Shown here: positions 1 to 7,752 of the stretch, piece by piece | Layout of the letters: each line of letters starts with the position of its first letter | Numbering within the stretch: the first letter of the stretch is position 1 | Assembly (NCBI GenBank): GCA_030647655.1 | Contig: JAUSJH010000009.1 | Location: 18,196 to 82,195 of the forward strand | Reading direction: 5' to 3' | Source of the DNA: a bacterium | GTDB lineage: Bacteria; Patescibacteriota; Minisyncoccia; Phycocordibacterales; UBA2100 | Length of the DNA stretch: 64,000 nt | The notes under the pieces: model-generated | What the model was told of the DNA's origin: nothing | Databases searched by the model: none | Seen by the model: only the letters and a program-made list of their open reading frames with translations | Made by a program: the position numbers and the translations under genes

Positions 1-341
1 ATCGCCTTCTGCAGGGTTTTGTCGTCGGTGAACTTTTTGTGTTCCCGTATTTTCTTCAGCAATTCTATCTTCACGTTCCATCCGTACAAATCCTTGGAAA
101 AATCAAGTATGTGCGCTTCTAATACCTTTCTTTTCTGGTCGGCGTATGCGGCAGCTTCGTATTCCTCTTCCCTAAACCCTTCGGGTCGGGCGTCCGGCTC
201 CGCCGGATTAGCCCCCACTTTCACTTTCGCCGCATAAATCCCCGACACCGACGCATCGTCCAATGGAATATTAATCGTTGAAAATCCGAGCTCCGCCGCT
301 CGCTGTGTTCCTTTTCTAACAATGCCGGTGTAAGAGGTCAT
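1..341 (-). CDS. hypothetical protein, C-terminal part; ORF runs off window start, in-window start uncertain (ATG at 341, upstream GTG alternatives up to ~467)
   Basis: Manual reverse-strand translation gives an uninterrupted protein-like frame (…GFSTINIPLDDASVSGIYAAKVKVGANPAEPDARPEGFREEEYEAAAYADQKRKVLEAHILDFSKDLYGWNVKIELLKKIREHKKFTDDKTLQKA…) with no stop down to position 1. It is absent from the ORF track because no stop lies within the window. Confidence 0.4.
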   Translation of the reverse strand, partial: MTSYTGIVRKGTQRAAELGFSTINIPLDDASVSGIYAAKVKVGANPAEPDARPEGFREEEYEAAAYADQKRKVLEAHILDFSKDLYGWNVKIELLKKIREHKKFTDDKTLQKA

Positions 342-489
342 ATCGGAGGGGGTGAGATTCGAACTCACGACATCTTGCGATGTGACGGTTTTCAGGACCG
401 TTGCTTTAGACCGCTCAGCCACCCCTCCGGCATCGTTGTACCATGCTGAACGATTCCATGCATGCACAGAATGCTAGAATGGTTTTATC

Positions 490-960
490 ATGCCCCCACA
501 GAGGATCGTACTTCGCTGGAGCGCCTATGAACACGAGCACGTGCCGCGCGGAAGCGATTGGTTCTGGGCACTTGGTATCGTCGCGGTATCCGCGGCGCTT
601 ACGAGCATTCTTTTTCACGACGTTCTCTTTGCCATTCTCATACTCATTGCGGCTGGAATACTCGGGATGCTCGCCAACGTGCCGCCGGATTTGGTGCGGT
701 TCGAGGTTTCGGACCGCGGCATACGCACGGGCGACACCATGCACCGTTTTGAAGAGATAATCTCGTTCTGGGTGGAGGACGAGGATGGTGACCGGCCACT
801 GCTTCTCGTGGACACTACGAAATTCATGGCGCCGAATCTCATCATTCCTCTCGAGAACATAGATCCACACGTGGTACGCGTCTTCCTTCGAGAGCATGCG
901 GAAGAAATCCCGATGAAAGAACCGGTCGCTCACAAGATACTTGAATTTTTCGGACTCTAG
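490..960 (+). CDS. hypothetical membrane protein (2 predicted TM helices followed by a soluble domain)
   Basis: 156-aa ORF with hydrophobic stretches ALGIVAVSAALTSILF and AILILIAAGILGML. Preferred over the overlapping antisense ORF 415..933 because its composition is more protein-like. Confidence 0.45.
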   Translation: MPPQRIVLRWSAYEHEHVPRGSDWFWALGIVAVSAALTSILFHDVLFAILILIAAGILGMLANVPPDLVRFEVSDRGIRTGDTMHRFEEIISFWVEDEDGDRPLLLVDTTKFMAPNLIIPLENIDPHVVRVFLREHAEEIPMKEPVAHKILEFFGL

Positions 961-967
961 ACTCTAA

Positions 968-2959
968 CTACTGAGCGATACGCACAGTCGTCGTCGCGTC
1001 TTTTGTCCCGCCGGGGATTGTCTCGCAGTGGAGGAGGAACCGCGTGTCGGCTGTGATGGGAGAGGTCGTCGCCGTACCATTTACACTCGTGTTGGAAGAA
1101 TTACGCGCTGTGAAGTCAGGCTGGTCGGGGCTCGAGATGACGCAGGTTTGCATGCCGCTCGTAGTCCAGCCGATGAGTGATGTGCTGTTTTGCTGTACGC
1201 TACGCGGGTTTGCGACGAGGACAATACTCGGCCTGTTTACCTGCACGGAGCATTGCGCGCCGGCTGTGCGGTCTGGTCTACCTTGTCCTGGGGGAGCCTT
1301 TTCTGTGCACGTAAGCATGTAGGTCGCGGTGTTGGTGCCGGAAGGAGGATTTGCAACGGTCGTCGTTGCAGAGCCCGCGGGCTGGGTCGTCACCTTGAAA
1401 GACTTGCTGGAAGCGATGCCAGACGAACACGAGTAGGCAATGGCGATGGTCATGCCGACATCTGCGACCTTCGGCTGGCAGGATATCTCCGCTTTGAGCG
1501 TGGTGGAATTGTTCGGGACACATTGCCAGCCTACGATGCACGGACCGTTGTAGGTAGGTCGCCAAGAACCTACAGAACAATTCTCGGGATTTGGTGGTGG
1601 AGGTTGTGATTGGCACTGGCCTCCTGTAGAAGGCGTGCAGGGCACGGGCTGCGCGGGGGGCGGCATCATGGGGCTTTGCATACTATTGCCGCCCGTCTGC
1701 TGCATTTGCTGAACCTGTTGTTGGTACTGGTAGAGCTGGAGCTGGTAGTTATATTGCTGCATCTGCTGTTGGAATTGCTGTTGTTGTTGCTGATATTGAG
1801 CGGGGTCAGTAGGACAGGCTTGGGGAGGCATAGATGGCGGAGGAGGAGGGGTCGGGCGGAATGCATTCATAAGCCCGCTCAAGAAAGAAGCTAGTGGATT
1901 CGAACCGCCCGATTGAGAGCTCCGATTTCCGTCATTGAAGCCCGTGGTGTTACCGCCGCCGTACTTTGCATTATTTTCTGCCATCCGCCGCTGATATTCC
2001 GCATCAGCCCTCGCCTTAGCAGCAGCTTCAGCAGCCGCTTTTTTCGCCGCGTCGTCAGCTGACGGAGTAAGAGTCTTCCCATCTCCTAAGCCGGGATTAA
2101 GTTTGAGTGCGTCAGCCGTAACTTCTTTTGACGCCTTTGCGGCGTCTGAGTTAGGGTTCTCATCAGCGTATTTTCTTATTTGATCAATTGCCGGCTCTGG
2201 CAGACTGCCGTCAGGACTCAACTTAAAATCCGATGTGTCGGTTAGTTGTCTCCCTAACATGATGTTCAAATCAGATAGTGAAGTGCTGGGGATAGAACTT
2301 GATATCTTGGCCGTTCCTCCGCTACGCGCCAATAATTGGAAGTTCGAATTTTGATCTAATGAACTTTGCAAAGCTTTCGCTGCCAAATCATAATTTATGC
2401 CCTGCATTGTGGTAGCAGGAGCGCAGTCTACTGTGTCAGGGGCAATGCCTAATTTCTTGGACAGATTGCTACCTGGAGTGCTTTTGCAAACGATGGTCTT
2501 GCACAAGCCGGGTTTCATATTAGGGTCCGGTGCACCTTTAATGTTGATTGTGTTGTTGGTCAACAAACTCACGAAGACAGATTTTCCAACACATTTGAAT
2601 GGGGGGTTCTTCCCCGAATCCGGCGCTGCAGCAACGCAATCGTCCGTCGCTTTTTCTCCAGGCTTTGGGGGTGGTGTTTTTGTCTTTGCTTGCTTTATAG
2701 CAGCGTCACACTTTTGCGCAAGCGAATCGGCAGCTGCTTTCTGTGCTTTCTCCACATCAGTTAGCTGGGGAGCGGCGGCAGGTCGAGGCGGCGGAAGCGG
2801 GATTGCGGTAGCGGCAGGTGCCGCCAAAAGTGCTTGGTTATTCAATGCCACGTTCGCGGATTCAAATGCAATCGCGAATCCCCCGAGCACCACGGCGAGA
2901 ACGAATGCGGCAAGAATCGAAGCCCCGCGTGTGGAAATTCGCCGCTTGGGAGCTGTCAT
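968..2959 (-). CDS. large secreted/anchored protein, paralog A: N-terminal TM anchor, coiled-coil/Ala-Lys-rich region, poly-Pro, Gln-rich tract (QYQQQQQQFQQQMQQYNYQLQ) and a Cys-rich ~300-aa C-terminal domain
   Basis: 690-aa ORF (968..3040). The likely start is the internal Met of MTAPKRRISTRGASILAAFVLAVVLGG (2959). The C-terminal ~300 aa and the underlying DNA are highly similar to 3421..5664. Confidence 0.6.
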   Translation of the reverse strand: MTAPKRRISTRGASILAAFVLAVVLGGFAIAFESANVALNNQALLAAPAATAIPLPPPRPAAAPQLTDVEKAQKAAADSLAQKCDAAIKQAKTKTPPPKPGEKATDDCVAAAPDSGKNPPFKCVGKSVFVSLLTNNTINIKGAPDPNMKPGLCKTIVCKSTPGSNLSKKLGIAPDTVDCAPATTMQGINYDLAAKALQSSLDQNSNFQLLARSGGTAKISSSIPSTSLSDLNIMLGRQLTDTSDFKLSPDGSLPEPAIDQIRKYADENPNSDAAKASKEVTADALKLNPGLGDGKTLTPSADDAAKKAAAEAAAKARADAEYQRRMAENNAKYGGGNTTGFNDGNRSSQSGGSNPLASFLSGLMNAFRPTPPPPPSMPPQACPTDPAQYQQQQQQFQQQMQQYNYQLQLYQYQQQVQQMQQTGGNSMQSPMMPPPAQPVPCTPSTGGQCQSQPPPPNPENCSVGSWRPTYNGPCIVGWQCVPNNSTTLKAEISCQPKVADVGMTIAIAYSCSSGIASSKSFKVTTQPAGSATTTVANPPSGTNTATYMLTCTEKAPPGQGRPDRTAGAQCSVQVNRPSIVLVANPRSVQQNSTSLIGWTTSGMQTCVISSPDQPDFTARNSSNTSVNGTATTSPITADTRFLLHCETIPGGTKDATTTVRIAQ

Positions 2960-3050
2960 AGTGCAATCATGCGCCCCACATGCCCTGAACGCAATGCGCT
3001 TAGTCGAACAAATGTGGAAAAAAGCTAAAATATGATACATTTTCGGGAAC

Positions 3051-3122
3051 GCTCTCGTCGTTCAATGGATAGGATGCGACCTTGCGGAGGTTGTGATGTG
3101 GGTTCGATTCCCGCCGAGAGCA
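3051..3122 (+). tRNA. tRNA; my cloverleaf gives anticodon loop TTGCGGA, anticodon GCG (Arg), identity uncertain
   Basis: Acceptor stem GCTCTCG/CGAGAGC is perfectly complementary; the D-arm is GTTC..GGAT, using two G-U pairs. Anticodon stem CGACC/GGTTG. T-arm GTGGG-TTCGATT-CCCGC. Discriminator A; no CCA is encoded. Hand-folded only. Confidence 0.6.
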
Positions 3123-3299
3123 AAAAGAGTGAGACGATTTTGATCGAGAGTGTAGTGCCTGCGCACTGCGCGTGCGGGAATCGAACCGCAGGCTCCCGAT
3201 TTTCAGGCTGAGTATTCGAAGCTTAGAAAATCGCAGTCCTTTAGGGCCGCAGCTCCCGAAGAGGGAGCGAAGGTCTCGAGTTGTAGCAACAACGAGAGG

Positions 3300-3317
3300 C
3301 GATTCCCGCCGAGAGCA
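3300..3317 (+). repeat. 18-bp direct copy of the tRNA 3' end (CGATTCCCGCCGAGAGCA), att-like
   Basis: Identical 18-mer at 3105..3122 (tRNA 3' end) and 3300..3317. Between them on the opposite strand lies a degenerate tRNA-like T-arm (GGTTCGATTCCCGCA, 3163..3185). Confidence 0.5.
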
Positions 3318-3420
3318 TAGTGAATAATCTGCACGAGTGGCGCGACAGCGACGCGAGAGGTGAGGGAGATTCCTGCTTGCCCGTCCGTAGCTTTAGCGAA
3401 GGAGGGCCGAGAGCAAAGAA

Positions 3421-5664
3421 CTACGGCGCAATCAGCACCGTCGTCGTTGCGTCTTTCGTCACCCCTGCGAGAGTCTCACATCGCAGAAGGAATCGCGCGT
3501 CGGCCGTGATGGGGCTGGAGGTCGCGGCACCGTTCACGCTCGTGTTGGAAGAGTTGCGCGCGGTGAAGTCGGCCTGATCGGGGCTCGAGATGACGCAGGT
3601 TTGCATGCCGCTTGTCATCCAGCCGATGAGCGAGGTCTCGCCCGAGTGCGCAGTCTTCGGATTCGCGACGAGAATGATGCTCGGCTTGTTTACCTGCACG
3701 GAACACTGCGCGCCGGCGGTCTGGCCTTTGTCCTTGCACGTGAGCATGTAGGTCGCGGTGTTGGTGCCTGCGGGAGGCGAAGCTACCTTCAAGGTCGCAG
3801 AGCCGGCAGGCTGTTTCCCGACCTTGAATGAGTCGCTCGAGGCGGTGCCCGAGGAGCATGAGTAGGAAATAGCGAGCGTCATCCCGACGTCGGCGATCTT
3901 GGGCTCGCAGGATAGTTCGGCTGTGAGTGGGGTGGATGTCGCTTTAGGATTAGGGTTGGGTACACATCGCCAGCCGGTAATGCAGTTGCCGTTGTAGGTC
4001 GGACGCCATGATCCGGTGGAGCAACTTGCTGGATTCGGGAACGGAGGCTGGGATTGGCACTGGGTCTGGGTGGAAGGAGTGCATGGTGTGGGTTGGGCGG
4101 GAAGTGGTGCGGGGATGCTACTGCCACCCGTGAGCTGTCGTAACTGCTGTTGGTACTGGGACATTTGGAGCTGGTAGTTGTACTGCTGAAGCTGCTGCTG
4201 GTACTGCTGTTGCTGTTGGGCATATGCGTTCGGATCGGTCGAGCAAGCTTGCGCGGGCATGGGAGGTGGCGGCTGTGGAGCACCAAGCGCCTTCATAAGA
4301 CCTTCAAGCAATCCCGCAAGCGGATTTCCACCACCTCCTCCACCACCCGGCGGTGGGCTTCCTCCTGGCGGGCCGCCCGGTGGTCCGCCCGGTGGCGGAG
4401 TTGGAGGTTTTACCGGCGGCACAACCGGCGGTTTGGCATCCGGCGACGTCTCGGGCTTCGGTGGCGGACTAGCCGATTGACCGGGACTTGGGGCTTTGTA
4501 TTCGGCACCTGTCGGCCCAACTTCTTTATTGACCACGGTCGTCGTGTCTTTCAACTCGCCTCGAACGCACGCCTCGCTCGCACATCCTGTCTTCGTCCAC
4601 TCGGAATCCTTTGTCATCACAAAGCCCGTTTCATCTCCCGGAGAAGTTCCGGCCCAATGCGCTGCCGCTTCGTCAGGTCGCGGTACGTTTTGGGGTGACG
4701 GATCATTTACAACGGTACCGGGTGCCGAATTTCCGGGCTCAAAAGTGTTATTCCCAGTCGGATACTCATTAACTTTGGCATTTGGATTAAACTGGCTCAC
4801 ATAACCTGTGCTTGGGTTCGGGTTGAAACTTCCGGGGTCGAGCTTCACTGCGTTGGCACTAAGATCGTTTGAGGTTAAAAATGGATTGGGTTGCTGTGGC
4901 GGAGGTTGATTCATTGCCGTCACCCGTTCATCGAAAGCTTTTTGTGTGTCTGCATACTTTTGTATTTCCGCTTGCGTGTCTACCCTTTGTTGCTTGAGTT
5001 CATTCAGATAGGTCTCGTCTGGTGGTGTGACTCCGGCGCCGGCATTATATATTTTTTGCTCGTTTTCCAACCTGGTAGCCTCTCTATTAAACTCTGCATT
5101 TGTTCGTTCCAGAGATGCTTTCCAGTCCTCTTGGCTGGGCGGTGTTCCTCCTGTGTAGCTTCCCCCGCCAGATAGTTTTGTAAGATCCGCAGAACATTTT
5201 CCTTCGATTTCCTTCGGACACGAATTATTATGCTTCGGGCCACCCTTGCAACAACCGCCCGGCAAGAGCCCCGCAGCACCGGTTGCCGCTTCAGTACACG
5301 ACAACTCACAGTCGCGATCTTTCGGACACTGTTCGGGACCTACAGCCTTCTCTTTGTGAGTGCATTTATCTGTTACACATTTACGCCAGTTTGACTCACA
5401 CATCTCCCTAAGCACGTCCGATGCTGCGGTTTTCAAGCACGACTCGTATGCTGTCTGGCACTGGCCGTCTGATGTCGAAGTGGGAGCGGAGGGCGCGCCC
5501 GATTGCGCCAACATAGCTTGCGGATTCGCGGCATATGAAGGTTGTAAGAAAAAAGAATCGGCGAGGGAGACAACACCGGTCGTGCCGGCCAGGATGGCGA
5601 TAAATATGAGGGGGGTGGCAAACGAAAGTTGGCGCTCTTGATGGAGCGATTCGAAAAAGCCCAT
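3421..5664 (-). CDS. large secreted/anchored protein, paralog B: signal anchor, Cys-rich N-terminal region, G/P-rich linker (PPGGPPGGPPGG…GGGGGGG), Gln-rich tract, conserved Cys-rich C-terminal domain
   Basis: 747-aa ORF. The C-terminal region aligns nearly residue-for-residue with paralog A (CSTDP..YQQQQQ…SWRPTYNG.CI.GW.CVPN…TATYMLTC…AGAQCSVQVN.PSI.LVANP…LIGW.TSGMQTCVISSPDQ.DFTARNSSNTSVNG.AT.SPITAD.RFLL.CET). Confidence 0.65.
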   Translation of the reverse strand: MGFFESLHQERQLSFATPLIFIAILAGTTGVVSLADSFFLQPSYAANPQAMLAQSGAPSAPTSTSDGQCQTAYESCLKTAASDVLREMCESNWRKCVTDKCTHKEKAVGPEQCPKDRDCELSCTEAATGAAGLLPGGCCKGGPKHNNSCPKEIEGKCSADLTKLSGGGSYTGGTPPSQEDWKASLERTNAEFNREATRLENEQKIYNAGAGVTPPDETYLNELKQQRVDTQAEIQKYADTQKAFDERVTAMNQPPPQQPNPFLTSNDLSANAVKLDPGSFNPNPSTGYVSQFNPNAKVNEYPTGNNTFEPGNSAPGTVVNDPSPQNVPRPDEAAAHWAGTSPGDETGFVMTKDSEWTKTGCASEACVRGELKDTTTVVNKEVGPTGAEYKAPSPGQSASPPPKPETSPDAKPPVVPPVKPPTPPPGGPPGGPPGGSPPPGGGGGGGNPLAGLLEGLMKALGAPQPPPPMPAQACSTDPNAYAQQQQQYQQQLQQYNYQLQMSQYQQQLRQLTGGSSIPAPLPAQPTPCTPSTQTQCQSQPPFPNPASCSTGSWRPTYNGNCITGWRCVPNPNPKATSTPLTAELSCEPKIADVGMTLAISYSCSSGTASSDSFKVGKQPAGSATLKVASPPAGTNTATYMLTCKDKGQTAGAQCSVQVNKPSIILVANPKTAHSGETSLIGWMTSGMQTCVISSPDQADFTARNSSNTSVNGAATSSPITADARFLLRCETLAGVTKDATTTVLIAP

Positions 5665-5736
5665 GAGGGAATAATGGCGCGATTATGGTACATCTGCAAC
5701 AGTCGAAAGTGGAGAGGTTTATGCTATACTCGCGGC

Positions 5737-5952
5737 ATGGCAATCACGGTCTCAAAGGCGGAGGTGAAAAAAGGGGACGGTGTTGTTATTTTACCGCTCA
5801 AAGAATACCGGAGACTTTTGCAGCGCTCCGTGCCAGAATATTACCTTACCGGCAAAGCAGCCCGAGATTTGGACAAGCTCGTCGCACAGGGATTGCGCGA
5901 ACATCGAGAAGGAAAGACGCGCAAAATTCATTCGCTTGCAGACCTTGATTGA
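5737..5952 (+). CDS. putative type II antitoxin (partner of the downstream RelE/ParE toxin)
   Basis: 72-aa ORF MAITVSKAEVKKGDGVVILPLKEYRRLLQ… ending in an ATGA overlap with the toxin start. The longer 5629 ORF uses a TTG start and is less likely. Family not assigned. Confidence 0.5.
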   Translation: MAITVSKAEVKKGDGVVILPLKEYRRLLQRSVPEYYLTGKAARDLDKLVAQGLREHREGKTRKIHSLADLD

Positions 5953-6224
5953 CCGCTATGGCCATGGTTTCGATCGAAACGGGTCGCCAATTCGAGAAAC
6001 ATTATAGAAAATTGCCGAAGGCACTCAAAGAAGCGGCAAAACAAAAAGAAATTATTTTTCGCGAGAACCCGCTTCATCCGAGCCTCGGTACGCACAAACT
6101 CCACGGCAAAGATGCGGGCGCGTGGGCATTCTCGATTAATCGTAAGCTCCGAATTAAGTTTGTGTTTCTTACCAACGACAGCGTCCTGTTTTTAGACATC
6201 GGTACGCACGACATGTATTCGTAA
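5949..6224 (+). CDS. RelE/ParE-family type II toxin
   Basis: 91 aa. Motifs LHPSLGTHKLHGKDAGAWAFSI..R.KF…DIGTHD are typical of the RelE/ParE plasmid-stabilisation toxin fold. 4-nt overlap with the upstream antitoxin. Confidence 0.7.
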   Translation: MTAMAMVSIETGRQFEKHYRKLPKALKEAAKQKEIIFRENPLHPSLGTHKLHGKDAGAWAFSINRKLRIKFVFLTNDSVLFLDIGTHDMYS

Positions 6225-6236
6225 GCATTATTATGA

Positions 6237-6312
6237 AAGGGTACGGAGCGCTCGCGCCGCTTGAGATTTCATGCGCGCCGCTGTGTTCATTTTTATCGTG
6301 CCTTCGGCGCAA
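6237..6312 (-). pseudogene. duplicated 3' fragment of rpsT (S20 C-terminus EGTIK.NTAARMKSQAARALR.L) forming the left direct repeat of the hicBA cassette
   Basis: ~56-60 bp at 6249..6304 match 6869..6924 (~52/56 identical). The encoded peptide mirrors the S20 C-terminus. The surrounding ORF 6231..6566(-) is otherwise not protein-like. Confidence 0.5.
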
Positions 6313-6354
6313 CGCGTCATTGTGTACATAAAATGTTTCTGATACCATGAGGCT

Positions 6355-6600
6355 ATGTTGAGCGAATATCTTGATAAAAAACTACGGGCGGCTCGATACA
6401 AATTCCTAAAAGACGGAACGTATTTTGCGGAGATTCCCGGAGCTCGGGGGGTGTGGGCAAGTGCACGCAACCTAGAGGCATGCCGAAAGGAGCTACGCGA
6501 AGTCTTGGAAGATTGGCTGTTGATTAAAGTGCAGAGCAAAGAAAAAGTCCCGGGCCTTTCTATCAAAGTGGATCGCCGGTCGCTCGTGAGGCATGGCTAG
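6355..6600 (+). CDS. hicB: HicB-family antitoxin
   Basis: 81 aa; the YFAEIPGARGVWASARNLEACRKELREVLEDWL motif matches the HicB/UPF0150 antitoxin N-domain. It overlaps the downstream hicA. Confidence 0.65.
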   Translation: MLSEYLDKKLRAARYKFLKDGTYFAEIPGARGVWASARNLEACRKELREVLEDWLLIKVQSKEKVPGLSIKVDRRSLVRHG

Positions 6601-6805
6601 AAATATCTCCTGGCGGAAGCTTGTACAAAAATTTCGAAGACTCGGTTTTAATGGCCCCTATTCCGGAGGTCGCCATTTGTTCATGGTCCGTAGCACGCTC
6701 ACGGTTCGTATTCCAAACCCGCATCGCGGTGACATATCAGCTCATCTAGTCTCCGAGATATTGCGCCAAGCCGGAATCTCAAACGACGAGTGGAGCAACG
6801 CCTAG
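6593..6805 (+). CDS. hicA: HicA-family mRNA interferase toxin
   Basis: 70 aa; KLVQKFRRLGFNGPYSGGRHLFMV…VRIPNPHRGDISAHLVSEILRQAGIS is the canonical HicA (YcfA-like) signature. Confidence 0.7.
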   Translation: MARNISWRKLVQKFRRLGFNGPYSGGRHLFMVRSTLTVRIPNPHRGDISAHLVSEILRQAGISNDEWSNA

Positions 6806-6847
6806 AGTCGTCTGGGGCCGAAACACGCTGTCTCGTTTTGTAAACTC

Positions 6848-7114
6848 CTACGCGCCGAGAGCGCGAAGTGCTCGCGCCGCTTGCGATTTCATGCGCGCGG
6901 CGGTGTTCTTTTTTATCGTGCCTTCTTTGGCCGCTTTATCTATCGCTTTGTAGAGTTTCGGCAGCATCGCAGTCGCCTCTTTTGCATTCTTGCCCAAAAC
7001 TAGCTTGCCCATGTCTTTTACCGCGTCTTTCATGTTCTTCTTGCGACGCGAATTGATGACGCGACGGCGCTGTGCCGCGCGCTGTGCCTTCTTTGCCGAA
7101 CTTGTGTTTGCCAT
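6848..7114 (-). CDS. rpsT: 30S ribosomal protein S20
   Basis: 88 aa from the internal Met: MANTSSAKKAQRAAQRRRVINSRRKKNMKDAVK…KNTAARMKSQAARALRALGA. Confidence 0.8.
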   Translation of the reverse strand: MANTSSAKKAQRAAQRRRVINSRRKKNMKDAVKDMGKLVLGKNAKEATAMLPKLYKAIDKAAKEGTIKKNTAARMKSQAARALRALGA

Positions 7115-7169
7115 GTCGTGCGATGGTACACGAAGTGCTGTGGATATGCAATCGCGGTATGATACGGAG

Positions 7170-7742
7170 ATGATCGGTAACTTAAGCGGTACAGTCTTTG
7201 CGATAAGACCGGGCTTTGCAATAATCTCTGTGGGAGGTGTCGGGTACAAAGTGTTCGTCACACGCGAGATGCTTCTCACCCTGAAACCGAAAGAGGAGGC
7301 CGCGTTCTGGACACACCTTGCCGTACGAGAGAACGCGCTCGACCTCTACGGTTTTGGGGGCGAAGAAGAACTGCGACTTTTCGAGCTTCTCCTCACCGTT
7401 TCCGGCATCGGACCGAAATCCGCGCTCGCTATTCTGGATATCGCGTCCACCGAGACCCTGCGCAGTGCGATTTCGGGAGGGAATGCAACGTACCTCACCA
7501 AGGTCTCCGGCATCGGCAGGAAAACCGCCGAGAAAATCGTGCTTGAACTTAGAGACAAGGTAGGAGCATCGGCCGATGGAAGTGGCGCATCTCTCCACGG
7601 TGACGAAGAGGCGCTTGAGGCGCTCCGTTCGCTCGGATATTCGCAAGCGGAGGCGCGCGATGCCCTGCGCAAAGTGCCGCAAGAAATCGAAGGCGGAAGT
7701 GCGCGATTGCGCGAGGCCCTCAAAATAGTCGGGGGAAAGTAG
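7170..7742 (+). CDS. ruvA: Holliday junction DNA helicase RuvA
   Basis: 190 aa, MIGNLSGTV…GVGYKVFV…LLTVSGIGPKSALAIL…VSGIGRKTAEKIVLEL. It has the OB domain, two HhH motifs and the C-terminal domain. Confidence 0.85.
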   Translation: MIGNLSGTVFAIRPGFAIISVGGVGYKVFVTREMLLTLKPKEEAAFWTHLAVRENALDLYGFGGEEELRLFELLLTVSGIGPKSALAILDIASTETLRSAISGGNATYLTKVSGIGRKTAEKIVLELRDKVGASADGSGASLHGDEEALEALRSLGYSQAEARDALRKVPQEIEGGSARLREALKIVGGK

Positions 7743-7752
7743 CGGATACGTT

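Noticed and set aside
415-933. 172-aa minus-strand ORF overlapping the 490..960 plus-strand ORF
   Set aside because: Its composition is Arg/His-rich and not protein-like; the plus-strand frame gives plausible TM helices. Treated as an antisense artefact.
3140-3260. Possible minus-strand tRNA suggested by GGGAATCGAACC (T-arm reverse complement)
   Set aside because: No consistent acceptor, D or anticodon stems could be folded and the T-loop would be 8 nt. Interpreted as a degenerate tRNA fragment.
4150-4698. 182-aa plus-strand ORF rich in Arg/Trp
   Set aside because: Antisense to paralog B; Arg/Trp-rich composition typical of a reverse-frame artefact.
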